Origin: an uncultured Eubacterium sp.
GTDB taxonomy: Bacteria > Bacillota > Clostridia > Lachnospirales > Lachnospiraceae
Length of the DNA: 64,000 nt
NCBI GenBank assembly: GCA_910577225.1
Contig: CAJTMV010000004.1
Location: forward strand, 103,005-167,004
Direction: 5' to 3'
Shown here: positions 45,995 through 56,413 of the stretch, piece by piece
Position numbering within the stretch: position 1 is the stretch's first letter
Layout of the letters: each line of letters begins with the position of its first letter
Translations under genes and position numbers: made by a program
The notes under the pieces: generated by a model
What the model saw: the letters and a program-made list of their open reading frames with translations, nothing else
Told to the model about the DNA's origin: nothing
Database searches by the model: none

Positions 45995-47977
45995 ATGCCA
46001 GAGATACACGTATTAGATGAAAAAACAATCGATCAGATCGCAGCCGGAGAAGTCGTGGAACGGCCGTCTTCGGTTGTAAAAGAGCTGGTAGAAAACGCCA
46101 TGGACGCGAAAGCGACCGCTATTACAATCGAGATTAAAGACGGCGGGATCTCCTTGATCCGTATTACGGACAACGGGCAGGGCATATCGCCAGACCAGGT
46201 GCCAAAAGCGTTTCTTCGTCACGCGACAAGCAAGCTGACGCAGATCGAAGATCTGCTGACGATTTCTTCGCTGGGATTTCGCGGCGAGGCGTTATCCAGT
46301 ATCGCCTCTGTCGCGCAGGTAGAGTTAATTACAAAAACAGCCAGCGGACTTTCCGCAACCCGCTATCAGATCGAAGGTTCCAGAGAAATCAGTCTCGAAG
46401 AAATCGGCGCGCCTGAAGGGACCACATTTTTGGTCCGCAATCTGTTTTATAATACGCCTGCCCGACGTAAATTTTTAAAGTCCGCACAGACCGAGGCGTC
46501 TTATATCAGCACGTTAGTCGAACGGCTGGCGCTTTCCCATCCGGACATATCCTTTCAGCTGATCGTCAATAACCAGCCGAAGCTGCATACAAACGGCAAC
46601 GCGCAGATCAAAGATATTATTTATCATATTTTCGGCAGAGACATCGCGGCGGGAATTCTTCCGGTACAGGCACAATGCGAACGGTTTCGTGTCGACGGAT
46701 ACATTGGCAAGCCGTTTATTGCGAGAGGAAACCGTAATTACGAGATGTACTTTATCAACGGCCGTTATATCAAAAGCACGCTGATTACCAAATGCATCGA
46801 AGACGCGTACAAACCGTTTTTAATGAAACACCAGTATCCGTTTACCGTCCTGCATATCCAGATGGACAGCAGCATGATCGACGTTAATGTACATCCGGCG
46901 AAAATGGAAATCCGGTTTCAGCAAAGCGAACGTATTTACGAAGAGCTGACGCAGATCCTTTGCCATGCGCTGCAGCAAAAAGACCTGATCCAGGAAGTGC
47001 CTCCGGCAAAAGAATCCGCCGAAAAGAAACCGACGGCAAAGCCATTGAAGCGCAGACCGGAACCGTTCGAGACAAAACGTCTGCAGGCAATTGCAGAATC
47101 GGTAAAAAAAGACAGTCCGTACGAACGAAAATATGCAGACGCTGATACAAAGCCGCGGCAGAATCAGGCGCCGGCAGCAACAGAAACATCCAGCCGCAGC
47201 CTTCCGCTGCCAAAACCACGGACAGAACCTGACGATGGAAAAAAAGTCCGGCCGCCGGTACAGCCGCCGGATGCCGGTTCCCAAAAAGATCTGCATCAGA
47301 CGCCGCAGATCAGCTATGAAACAGCCGCGTCTTCTTACGAGCAGCTGACGCTTGCGGAAAACGGCGGCTGTCACGCCGATTTTATTCAGGAAGCCAGACG
47401 CCGTAATTACCGTATGATCGGGCAGCTGTTTGATACGTACTGGCTGGTGCAGGTGGAACAGGAGCTGTTTATTATCGACCAGCATGCCGCACATGAGAAA
47501 GTACTGTATGAAAAAATGATCCGGCAGCTGGCAGACCGGGTATTTACCTCCCAGCAGATCAGTCCGCCTGTCGTTATTACGATGACGATGCAGGAACAGG
47601 AGCTGTTTGAAGCATATGAACAACAGTTTGTACAGATCGGTTTTGAAGTCCGTCCTTTTGGCGGCAGGGAATATGCCATCTGCGCGGCGCCTGCAAATTT
47701 GTACAACCTGAATCAGAAAGAGCTGTTTTTGGAAATGCTGGACGGATTATCCCGGGATACCGCAAGCCATACGCCAGATCTGGTATTAGAAAAAATTGCT
47801 TCCATGTCCTGTAAAGCCGCCGTAAAAGGCAGTCAGCAGCTGTCTGCCAAAGAAGCGCAGCGTCTTTTAAAAGATCTGCTGGAGCTGGAAAATCCTTATC
47901 ACTGTCCGCACGGAAGGCCGACGATTATCGCAATGACAAAGACGGATATTGAAAAAAAATTCAAACGAATCGTGTAA
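45995..47977 (+). CDS. mutL: DNA mismatch repair protein MutL
   Basis: IAAGEVVERP, DNGQGI and GFRGEAL motifs, and the C-terminal dimerisation motif HGRPT. The ATG follows AGGAGG. Confidence 0.95.
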   Translation: MPEIHVLDEKTIDQIAAGEVVERPSSVVKELVENAMDAKATAITIEIKDGGISLIRITDNGQGISPDQVPKAFLRHATSKLTQIEDLLTISSLGFRGEALSSIASVAQVELITKTASGLSATRYQIEGSREISLEEIGAPEGTTFLVRNLFYNTPARRKFLKSAQTEASYISTLVERLALSHPDISFQLIVNNQPKLHTNGNAQIKDIIYHIFGRDIAAGILPVQAQCERFRVDGYIGKPFIARGNRNYEMYFINGRYIKSTLITKCIEDAYKPFLMKHQYPFTVLHIQMDSSMIDVNVHPAKMEIRFQQSERIYEELTQILCHALQQKDLIQEVPPAKESAEKKPTAKPLKRRPEPFETKRLQAIAESVKKDSPYERKYADADTKPRQNQAPAATETSSRSLPLPKPRTEPDDGKKVRPPVQPPDAGSQKDLHQTPQISYETAASSYEQLTLAENGGCHADFIQEARRRNYRMIGQLFDTYWLVQVEQELFIIDQHAAHEKVLYEKMIRQLADRVFTSQQISPPVVITMTMQEQELFEAYEQQFVQIGFEVRPFGGREYAICAAPANLYNLNQKELFLEMLDGLSRDTASHTPDLVLEKIASMSCKAAVKGSQQLSAKEAQRLLKDLLELENPYHCPHGRPTIIAMTKTDIEKKFKRIV

Positions 47978-48052
47978 GGATCTCAGATCCGGCATTCAGA
48001 AAAGATAAGATTATGGTTGCAAAGGATCAGACAAAAAGGCAGGGATACTACT

Positions 48053-49006
48053 ATGAAAAAACCTCTGATTATCCTGACGGGGCCGACCGCCGTCGGAAAG
48101 ACCGAACTGTCTGTCCGGCTGGCAAAGCAGGTAAACGGCGCCATTATATCTGCGGATTCCATGCAGGTATACCGGTATATGGACGTTGGTTCCGCCAAGA
48201 TTACAAACGAACAGATGCAGGGCGTCAGACATTATCTGATCGACGAATTTTTTCCCGATGAAGAATTTAATGTCGTCCGCTTCAAACAGTATGCGACAGC
48301 ATACATGCAGGAAATATACGACAACGGTCAGATTCCGATTCTTGCCGGAGGCACGGGATTTTATATCCAGGCGGTTTTATATGACGTCGATTTTTCCACA
48401 CAGGATACCGATGATCAATACCGCAAAGAGCTGGAATTACTGGCGGATAAAAACGGCGTGCAGTATCTGCATGACCGGTTAAAGCAGGTGGATCCGGTAT
48501 CTGCACAGATCATTCATGCCAACAACAAAAAGCGCGTGATTCGGGCTTTAGAATTTTTTAAGTTGACAGGAACGCGTATTTCTGAGCATAATGAAAGGGA
48601 GCATGCAAAACAGACCCCTTATCGCGCGGCTTATTTTGTATTAAACGATAACCGGCAGCATCTTTATGAACGAATCGACAAACGAGTGGACGAAATGGTT
48701 GCGCAGGGCCTTGTGGAAGAAGTTCGAAAATTAAAAGATATGGGATATACCAAAGAGCTTGTTTCCATGCAGGGGCTTGGCTATAAAGAGCTGTTTCCAT
48801 ATTTTGACGGCACATGCACGTTAGAAGAAGCTGTCGAAGTGATCAAACGGGATACCAGACATTTTGCCAAGCGGCAGCTGACATGGTTTCGACGGGAAAA
48901 AGATGTCATATGGGTGAATAAAGACATGTTTTCTTATGATAACGACAAAATATTATCTCATATGAATGCTATATTGAGGGAGAAAGGAATCCTAAGACAG
49001 TCATGA
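48053..49006 (+). CDS. miaA: tRNA dimethylallyltransferase
   Basis: LTGPTAVGKT P-loop, ISADSMQVY and HYLID motifs. Confidence 0.9.
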   Translation: MKKPLIILTGPTAVGKTELSVRLAKQVNGAIISADSMQVYRYMDVGSAKITNEQMQGVRHYLIDEFFPDEEFNVVRFKQYATAYMQEIYDNGQIPILAGGTGFYIQAVLYDVDFSTQDTDDQYRKELELLADKNGVQYLHDRLKQVDPVSAQIIHANNKKRVIRALEFFKLTGTRISEHNEREHAKQTPYRAAYFVLNDNRQHLYERIDKRVDEMVAQGLVEEVRKLKDMGYTKELVSMQGLGYKELFPYFDGTCTLEEAVEVIKRDTRHFAKRQLTWFRREKDVIWVNKDMFSYDNDKILSHMNAILREKGILRQS

Positions 49007-50310
49007 ACAGTGATGTTACCAATCAGACAAAAATTACGAACAGATACAAACATATGGGTATTTGTGATAAAGTTGCAGTTTTTGGGGAAACTATCGAAAA
49101 AAAACTGCACGATCGTTTTGCACAGATCGATGAAACGGCACAGACCAATCAGTTAAAAGTGATTTATGCCATGCAGAAAAACAAAGTCAGCGCGGCCTGT
49201 TTTAACCAAAGCAGCGGCTATGGATACGACGATTACGGCAGAGATACGTTAGAAAAAGTTTACGCAAACTGTTTTCATACCGAAGACGCGCTTGTAAGAC
49301 CGCAGATTACCTGCGGCACGCACGCGCTGGCCCTGGCCCTGTTTTCCAACTTAAGACCCGGCGACGAGCTGCTGTCCGCGTCCGGAAAGCCTTACGATAC
49401 GCTGGAAGAAGTCATCGGTATTCGTCCGTCGGCAGGCTCTTTGGCCGAATACGGAATCACTTACCGGCAGGTTTCCTTACTTCCCGATGGAAATTTCGAT
49501 TATGAAGGAATTAAAAATGCCATTCATGACAACACTAAAATGATAACGGTACAGCGTTCCAAAGGATACCAGACAAGACCGACGTTATCGTCGGAAAAAA
49601 TCGGAGAGCTGATTGCTTTCGTAAAAAAGCTCCGGCCGGATCTGATCTGTATGGTCGATAACTGTTACGGCGAATTTGTACAGCTTTGCGAACCGTCGGA
49701 TTTTGGGGCGGATATGACCGTAGGCTCGCTGATTAAAAATCCGGGCGGCGGACTGGCGCCGGTCGGCGGCTATATTGCAGGGACTAAGACATGCGTGCAA
49801 AACGCCGCGTATCGGCTGACTTCTCCGGGCCTTGGCAAAGAAGTCGGCGCTTCTCTTGGCGTGATGCAGTCGTTTTATCAGGGATTGTTTCAGGCGCCGG
49901 TTGTAACGGCAGGAGCGCTCAAAGGAGCCATTTTTGCGGCAAATCTGTACGAAGAGCTTGGATTTGCGGTTATTCCGGACAAATCAGAACCACGGTATGA
50001 TATTATCCAGGCCGTTACGCTTGGCTCTGCGGAACGACTGCTGGCATTTTGCGAAGGCATTCAGGCCGCGGCGCCGGTTGACAGCTATGTCACGCCCGAG
50101 CCCTGGGACATGCCGGGCTACGACAGCAGGGTAATTATGGCTGCAGGCGCATTCGTGCAGGGATCTTCGATTGAATTAAGCGCAGACGGGCCGCTAAAAG
50201 AGCCCTATAACGTATATTTTCAGGGCGGACTGACCTGGTACCATGCGAAATATGGAATTTTAATGTCTTTACAAAAACTTTATGAGCGAAATCTTGTTAA
50301 ACTTGGATGA
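49003..50310 (+). CDS. Methionine gamma-lyase-family / aluminium-resistance-type PLP protein (YnbB-like)
   Basis: 435 aa with an overall Cys/Met-metabolism PLP-fold pattern (SLIKNPGGGLAP). The start overlaps the miaA stop. Confidence 0.65.
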   Translation: MNSDVTNQTKITNRYKHMGICDKVAVFGETIEKKLHDRFAQIDETAQTNQLKVIYAMQKNKVSAACFNQSSGYGYDDYGRDTLEKVYANCFHTEDALVRPQITCGTHALALALFSNLRPGDELLSASGKPYDTLEEVIGIRPSAGSLAEYGITYRQVSLLPDGNFDYEGIKNAIHDNTKMITVQRSKGYQTRPTLSSEKIGELIAFVKKLRPDLICMVDNCYGEFVQLCEPSDFGADMTVGSLIKNPGGGLAPVGGYIAGTKTCVQNAAYRLTSPGLGKEVGASLGVMQSFYQGLFQAPVVTAGALKGAIFAANLYEELGFAVIPDKSEPRYDIIQAVTLGSAERLLAFCEGIQAAAPVDSYVTPEPWDMPGYDSRVIMAAGAFVQGSSIELSADGPLKEPYNVYFQGGLTWYHAKYGILMSLQKLYERNLVKLG

Positions 50311-50386
50311 ATATGTTAATATTATAGAATTGTAAGTTCCTTCTGCCAATTCCTGTCAGAGAGAGTAGAAAGGAACCGATCCGATT

Positions 50387-51076
50387 ATGCAGAAACATTT
50401 AACCGTAAAAGAACTTCCAAAGAACGAACGGCCTTATGAAAAATGCATGTACTACGGCCCCGAGGCATTGACAGACGCAGAGCTGTTAGCCATCTTTATA
50501 AGGACGGGTACCAGACATCAAACGGCTATGGAACTTGGAGCACTGATTTTAGGAGGCGGAAACCGCAACCTGATGAACCTGTATGACTACGGTATACAGG
50601 AACTGATGAAATTTCAGGGAATCGGCAAAGTAAAAGCCATTCAGTTAAAATGCATCGCGGAAATATCCAGACGGATTGCAAACGTAAGCCGGAATATGGA
50701 TATCTGCTTTTCCTCGCCGCAGCTTGTCGCTGATTTTTATATGGAAAAGCTGCGGCACGAACCCATCGAGCATTTTGTCGTCTGTATGCTGGACAGCAAA
50801 TGCCGTTATCTGGGAGAGCGGACGCTGACCATTGGCAGTGTCAATGCCTCTTTGGTATCGCCAAGAGAAGTATTTATCCATGCGCTGTCGCTGCAGGCCG
50901 TTTCGATCATTATTCTGCATAACCATCCAAGCGACAGGCCGCAGCCGAGTCGTGAGGACATACAGGTTACAGAACGTATTGCCGAATGTGGAAAGCTGCT
51001 TCATGTGAAGCTGTCGGACCATATCATTATCGGCGATCATGATTACTACAGTTTTAGAGAAAAGGGACTGCTTTGA
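50387..51076 (+). CDS. radC: RadC-family JAMM-motif protein
   Basis: N-terminal HhH region and ILHNHPSDRPQPSREDIQVT (JAMM). Confidence 0.8.
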   Translation: MQKHLTVKELPKNERPYEKCMYYGPEALTDAELLAIFIRTGTRHQTAMELGALILGGGNRNLMNLYDYGIQELMKFQGIGKVKAIQLKCIAEISRRIANVSRNMDICFSSPQLVADFYMEKLRHEPIEHFVVCMLDSKCRYLGERTLTIGSVNASLVSPREVFIHALSLQAVSIIILHNHPSDRPQPSREDIQVTERIAECGKLLHVKLSDHIIIGDHDYYSFREKGLL

Positions 51077-51096
51077 TCCCTGAATAGGAGACAAGA

Positions 51097-52116
51097 ATGA
51101 TGTCAGCAAATATTTATGGAGTGGATTTGGGCACTGCCAATTTAAAAATTTACTGTAAAGCCAGTGGAACTATTCTGAACGAAAAAAATACGATTGCAAT
51201 TATCAACAAAAATCAGATGTATTCCTATGGCAATGACGCCTATGCGATGTATGAAAAAGCGCCGGATCAGATACAGGTGACGTTTCCGATTGTCAACGGT
51301 GTAATCGCAGATTATAACAATATGCAGACCATGCTGTTTGAGTTTCTCGAAAAAAACGCCAAAGGCAAAATACGCGGCGCAGAGTTTGTCGTCGCGGTAC
51401 CGACCGATATTACGGAGGTAGAAAAGAAGGCGTTTTCCGATATCTTTTTTAAGAGCAAGGCAAAGCCAAGAAGCGTCCTTTTATGTGAAAAACCGATCGC
51501 GGATGCCGTCGGGCTTGGTCTGAACGTCAATGAGCCGACCGGTATTATGGTTGTGGATATCGGCGCGGATACGACAGAAATTTCCATTATTTCCCTGGGC
51601 GGACTGGTGATCAGTCATCTGCTGCACTTTGGCGGCAACCGGCTGGACGAATCGATTATCAGCTATATCCGAAAAAACTATAACCTTGTCATCGGCAAAA
51701 AAACCGCCTGTTCGTTAAAGGAACAGCTGGGCTGCGCGCTGGAAGGAAGAGAAGATAAGATGGTGATCGTCGGACGGGACGTTGTCAGCGGTCTTCCGAT
51801 TGAAATGGAGATTACGTCTTCGATTGTTTACGAGGCAATCCGCGATCATCTGACAAATATTTGTACAAATATCAAGCTCATATTGGAAAAAACGCCGCCA
51901 GAGCTTGCAAAGGATATTATTTATGCAGGCATCTATATTACCGGAGGCGGCTCCAAGATTGAAAAGCTGGACGAGCTGTTTAAACAGATTACAAACATTA
52001 AGGTCAACTGCTGTGATAATCCAGAGGAAAGCGTCGCACAGGGACTGATTAAAATTGTATCCGACAACGAATACAAACATCTGGCTTACAGCCTCAAATC
52101 CAGTATTTATAAATAG
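51097..52116 (+). CDS. mreB: Rod shape-determining protein MreB
   Basis: GVDLGTAN, VVDIGADTTE and ITGGGS actin-fold motifs. Confidence 0.9.
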   Translation: MMSANIYGVDLGTANLKIYCKASGTILNEKNTIAIINKNQMYSYGNDAYAMYEKAPDQIQVTFPIVNGVIADYNNMQTMLFEFLEKNAKGKIRGAEFVVAVPTDITEVEKKAFSDIFFKSKAKPRSVLLCEKPIADAVGLGLNVNEPTGIMVVDIGADTTEISIISLGGLVISHLLHFGGNRLDESIISYIRKNYNLVIGKKTACSLKEQLGCALEGREDKMVIVGRDVVSGLPIEMEITSSIVYEAIRDHLTNICTNIKLILEKTPPELAKDIIYAGIYITGGGSKIEKLDELFKQITNIKVNCCDNPEESVAQGLIKIVSDNEYKHLAYSLKSSIYK

Positions 52117-52127
52117 GGGACGTCTGC

Positions 52128-52997
52128 ATGAGAAGAAGAAGAAAAGCACGCCGCCGCATACCGGCAAAATATATGCTCTGGTTTTTGTCCGTTCTGTGTG
52201 TGGCAGCCATGTTTGCCAGCTTTCTGTTTGACGTTCCGTTTACGCCGTTAAATACGGCGGCAGGTTATGTGTTTATTCCCATGCAAAAAGGTATCAATGA
52301 AATCGGCACATGGGTGACCAGCCTGACGGATAACCTGGAACAGCTGCGGGACGTTATGGAAAAAAACGAACAGCTGCAGGCACAGGTAGACGAACTGACG
52401 ACCGAGCTCGGCACGTATCAGATGGAGCAGTACGATATTGAAGATATGCGCAGGCTGCTCGATCTGGATGAGCAGTACAAATACGAAAAAATCGGCGCAA
52501 GTATCATCGGTAAGGATGCCGGAAACTGGTTCGATACGTTTATTATAGATAAAGGCTCCAAAGACGGTATCGAGGTCGATATGAACGTCATTGCCGGGAG
52601 CGGACTGGTCGGCATCGTAACGAACGTCGGTCCCAACTTCGCAAACGTCCGCTCGATTATCGACGACCGCAACAGCGTCAGCGCCATGGTACTGACGACG
52701 TCCGACAAATGTTTTGTTAACGGCGATCTGGAAATGATGAGTCAAAAGCAGGTCATCGGATTTACCGATCTGACAGACGAGGATGACAAGGCTGCGATCG
52801 GAGACCAGGTCGTAACTTCTTATACAAGCAGTAAATATGTGCCGGGTCTTTTGATCGGACAGATCAGCGAACTGAATACCGATGCCAATAATCTGACAAA
52901 ATCCGGAACCATCACGCCTGCGGTAGATTTTGAACATATTAAAAACGTACTTGTGATTCTGGACAAAAAGCAATCTGTGCAATCCGCGGAAAATTAA
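52128..52997 (+). CDS. mreC: Rod shape-determining protein MreC
   Basis: N-terminal TM segment, a coiled coil (LQAQVDELTTEL) and a beta-rich C-terminus. It sits after mreB. Confidence 0.85.
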   Translation: MRRRRKARRRIPAKYMLWFLSVLCVAAMFASFLFDVPFTPLNTAAGYVFIPMQKGINEIGTWVTSLTDNLEQLRDVMEKNEQLQAQVDELTTELGTYQMEQYDIEDMRRLLDLDEQYKYEKIGASIIGKDAGNWFDTFIIDKGSKDGIEVDMNVIAGSGLVGIVTNVGPNFANVRSIIDDRNSVSAMVLTTSDKCFVNGDLEMMSQKQVIGFTDLTDEDDKAAIGDQVVTSYTSSKYVPGLLIGQISELNTDANNLTKSGTITPAVDFEHIKNVLVILDKKQSVQSAEN

Positions 52998-53021
52998 TGG
53001 AAATTTCAAAGGACATAAGAC

Positions 53022-53540
53022 ATGAGAAGAAAGGTTACTGTTTTTTTGATCATTTTTGTCTGCTTTTTGCTGCAGACGACCTTCTTCCAGGCGCTTGCAT
53101 TAGCCTCTATTTCGCCCAATCTTTTGATCGTGGCAGTATCTTCTTTCGGCTTTATGCGCGGACGGAAGGAAGGCATGTACATCGGTTTTTTTACGGGGCT
53201 GATATTTGACGCCTTTTATGGAACGATTTTTGGATTTTATGCGCTTGTATTTATGTATGCCGGCTACTGCAACGGCATGTTCCGCAAATTTTTCTTTCCG
53301 GATGATATCAAGCTGCCGATGCTTTTAATCTCCGTCAGCGATATTGTCTATAACGTGGCGGTTTACGTTTTAAAATTTATGTTTCGCGGACAGTTTCATT
53401 TCGGCTACTATCTGCTGCATGTGATTATACCGGAGCTGGTCTATACGGTGCTGATTATGATCTTTTTATATCCGGCGCTGTTAAAAATCAATCAGAAGCT
53501 GGAAGCTGTGGAAAAAAGGAGTGGTATAAAATTTGTATGA
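53022..53540 (+). CDS. mreD: Rod shape-determining protein MreD
   Basis: 172 aa polytopic membrane protein following mreC. Confidence 0.75.
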   Translation: MRRKVTVFLIIFVCFLLQTTFFQALALASISPNLLIVAVSSFGFMRGRKEGMYIGFFTGLIFDAFYGTIFGFYALVFMYAGYCNGMFRKFFFPDDIKLPMLLISVSDIVYNVAVYVLKFMFRGQFHFGYYLLHVIIPELVYTVLIMIFLYPALLKINQKLEAVEKRSGIKFV

Positions 53541-56394
53541 ATATGATTCCATCAAAGATTTTCTAAAAAGTTTTTTTAAATCCAGACTGCTCGTGCTTTC
53601 CCTGGTGATCCTGCTGATGGGAGGCGTGCTGCTGCACCGGCTGTTTACGCTGCAGATTGTAAACGGACAGTCTTATCAGGATAATTATACGCTTCGCATC
53701 TGTAAGGAACGCGTTTTAAACGGAACGCGCGGGAATATTCTGGACTGCAACGGAAAGACGCTCGCTTATAACGAGTTAACTTATAAGGTAACGCTGGAAG
53801 ATAATGGTACGTATTCCGGTACGGATGAACGCAACGAGGCCTTAAATACGATTATTGCAAAAGTATTAACGGTACTGGAAGAAAACGGCGACGATTTTGT
53901 AAACGATTTTAATATCCGCATAAAGAAAAACGGAACCTACGCATTTACCGTCGAAGACACGCAGCTGATGCGTTTTCGGGCGGATATCTACGGGAAAAAG
54001 AAAATTGAAGACCTTGGCTTTGACGATAAGCTCGGCTACAACACCGCAGAAGCGACCGAAGATCAGATCATCGAATACTTATGCAGCGAAAAACGATATG
54101 GTCTGGCTGATACGGATTATTCGCCGGAAATGAAATACAAAATTATGGTAATTCGCTATGCGCTGGCGCAAAACGGCTACCAGAAATATATATCCACGAC
54201 AATTGCCGCAGATATCAGCGACAAGACGATGGCTTATATCCGGGAAAATAAAGCGGATCTGCAGGGCGTGGATATCGAAGAGGATTATATCCGTAAATAT
54301 GACGACAGCATTTATTTTGCGTCGATCATCGGTTATACCGGAAAAATATCGACCGAAGAATACGAAGAACTGTCGAAAGTAAACGATTCTTACGAACTGA
54401 CCGATGTCATTGGCAAATCCGGTATCGAACAGATTATGGATGAAAAACTGCAGGGGGCCAAAGGCTCTGAAACTGTTTTCGTAGACGTTATGGGAAAAGA
54501 GCTGGAAGTTACCGATCATAAAGAACCGTCGGCAGGCAACAACATCTATCTGTCGATCGACGCGGATCTGCAAAAGGCCGTTTACCATTTATTAGAGCAG
54601 GAACTGGCCGGTATTTTGTTCAATAAGATTATTAACGTCAAAGAATATGTCAACACAACCGGACAGGCCTCGGATATTAAGATACCGATTTATGACGTGT
54701 ATTATGCGCTGATTCAGAACAATATCATCGATACCTCGCATTTTACGCATAAAAAAGCAAGCGCAACGGAGCGGACGGTACAGGCGATTTATGAAAGCCA
54801 TCTGGAGGCTGTAATTTCCAGAATCAGGGAACAGTGCACAGGCGGTACGCCGGAAGTCTATCAGCTGGCGCCGGAAGAATATCAGAATTATTACAGCTAT
54901 ATCGTTTCGATGCTGCTGGAAAAAAAGGTATTGCTGGACGATCAGATCGATAAAACAGACGCTACTTATCTGGCGTGGACAAAAGAAGAATCCATCAGTC
55001 TGAAAGAATATCTGGCCTATTGCATCAATATGGGCTGGATCGATTACAATATCTTCCAGACAGGAGAAGAATATTCCGATTCTTCGGAAATTTACATGGA
55101 TCTGATTCATTATATCGAAAAAGAATTGAAAAAAGACGAAGGCTTTCAAAAGAAAATATATCAGTACCTGATCCGGCAGGATATGGTAAGCGGGACACAG
55201 TTATGTCTGATTTTATATGACCAAAAGCTCATTAAAAAAGACGAAGAAAAACGTGCGCAGCTGGAAAACGGCACGATATCGGCGTTTACCTTTTTAAAAG
55301 AAAAAGTCCAGTATCTGGAAATTACGCCCGGACAGCTGGCGCTGGATCCGTGTACGGCGTCCTGCGTCATTACCGACGTAAAAACCGGCGAATTAAAAGC
55401 GCTTGTTTCTTATCCCGGATACGACAACAATATGCTGGCAAACACAGTAGACGCCGAATATTTTGCAAAGCTGCAGACAGACGAAGCACGGCCTTTATAC
55501 AACCATGCGACACAGGAACGTACGGCGCCAGGATCTACCTTTAAAATGGTAACCGCAACGGCCGGCCTTTCCGAAGGGATTATTACGCCTTCTACCAAGA
55601 TTAATAACCAGGGAAAATTCAAGCTGGTTGATAACGAACCGGAATGCTGGATTTATCCTGCTTCCAGACATGGATGGATGGACGTGACAAACGCTATCCG
55701 CGTATCCTGCAACTATTTCTTTTACCAGGTTGGCTATGACCTCAGTCTTGTGGGAAATACGTACAGCGATCCGACTGGTATTCGTAAGATTACGGACTAT
55801 GCAAAGGCTTACGGTCTGGGGGATACGACAGGTATCGAGATCCCGGAAAACAAACCGGAAATTGCCAGCCAGTTCCCGGTTATGGCGTCCATCGGTCAGT
55901 CCAATCATAACTATGCAACCGTACAGCTGGCGCGTTATGTGACTGCAGTGGCAAATAAAGGAACCGTTTATAATTACACGCTCCTCAAACAGATGACGGA
56001 CCATAACGGAAAAGTCATCGAATCTTACGAACCGACCGTCAAAAATAAAATGGATATGGACGACAGTCACTGGAAAGCAATCCAAAACGGGAACCGTCTC
56101 GTTGTGGCAAACCTGGCGGAATTTAAAGATTTCCCAATGGTTGTAGCCGGTAAAACAGGTACCGCGCAGCAGGTACTGACAAGGGGCAATCACGCTTTGT
56201 TCGTAGGCTACGCGCCGTTTAAGGATCCGGAAATTTCCATTGCGACAAGGATTGCTTACGGTTATACGTCTCACAATGCCGCGGACGTGTCTGCGCAGAT
56301 TTTGAAATATTATTTCAGGCTGGAGGATACGGACAAGCTGCTGAACGGGCAGGCGAAAAATGTGGGAGATTCCGCGAATGGCATTACTGACTAG
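53533..56394 (+). CDS. mrdA: Penicillin-binding protein 2 (elongasome transpeptidase), unusually long
   Basis: TM anchor, a dimerisation/pedestal region (RGNILDCNGKTLA), then STFK, SCN and KTGT transpeptidase motifs. TTG start. Confidence 0.85.
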   Translation: MYEYDSIKDFLKSFFKSRLLVLSLVILLMGGVLLHRLFTLQIVNGQSYQDNYTLRICKERVLNGTRGNILDCNGKTLAYNELTYKVTLEDNGTYSGTDERNEALNTIIAKVLTVLEENGDDFVNDFNIRIKKNGTYAFTVEDTQLMRFRADIYGKKKIEDLGFDDKLGYNTAEATEDQIIEYLCSEKRYGLADTDYSPEMKYKIMVIRYALAQNGYQKYISTTIAADISDKTMAYIRENKADLQGVDIEEDYIRKYDDSIYFASIIGYTGKISTEEYEELSKVNDSYELTDVIGKSGIEQIMDEKLQGAKGSETVFVDVMGKELEVTDHKEPSAGNNIYLSIDADLQKAVYHLLEQELAGILFNKIINVKEYVNTTGQASDIKIPIYDVYYALIQNNIIDTSHFTHKKASATERTVQAIYESHLEAVISRIREQCTGGTPEVYQLAPEEYQNYYSYIVSMLLEKKVLLDDQIDKTDATYLAWTKEESISLKEYLAYCINMGWIDYNIFQTGEEYSDSSEIYMDLIHYIEKELKKDEGFQKKIYQYLIRQDMVSGTQLCLILYDQKLIKKDEEKRAQLENGTISAFTFLKEKVQYLEITPGQLALDPCTASCVITDVKTGELKALVSYPGYDNNMLANTVDAEYFAKLQTDEARPLYNHATQERTAPGSTFKMVTATAGLSEGIITPSTKINNQGKFKLVDNEPECWIYPASRHGWMDVTNAIRVSCNYFFYQVGYDLSLVGNTYSDPTGIRKITDYAKAYGLGDTTGIEIPENKPEIASQFPVMASIGQSNHNYATVQLARYVTAVANKGTVYNYTLLKQMTDHNGKVIESYEPTVKNKMDMDDSHWKAIQNGNRLVVANLAEFKDFPMVVAGKTGTAQQVLTRGNHALFVGYAPFKDPEISIATRIAYGYTSHNAADVSAQILKYYFRLEDTDKLLNGQAKNVGDSANGITD

Positions 56395-56413
56395 CAGAAA
56401 GGAGAACAGAGTT

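Noticed and set aside
46820-47623. 267-aa minus-strand ORF inside mutL
   Set aside because: It is a shadow ORF opposite the Pro/Gln-rich mutL linker. Similar minus-strand ORFs at 22817-23347, 37464-38096, 52248-53009, 54592-55149 and 55495-56442 are rejected for the same reason.
52997-53209. 70-aa ORF overlapping the start of mreD
   Set aside because: It is in a different frame from a well-supported membrane protein gene and has no RBS. It is likely spurious.
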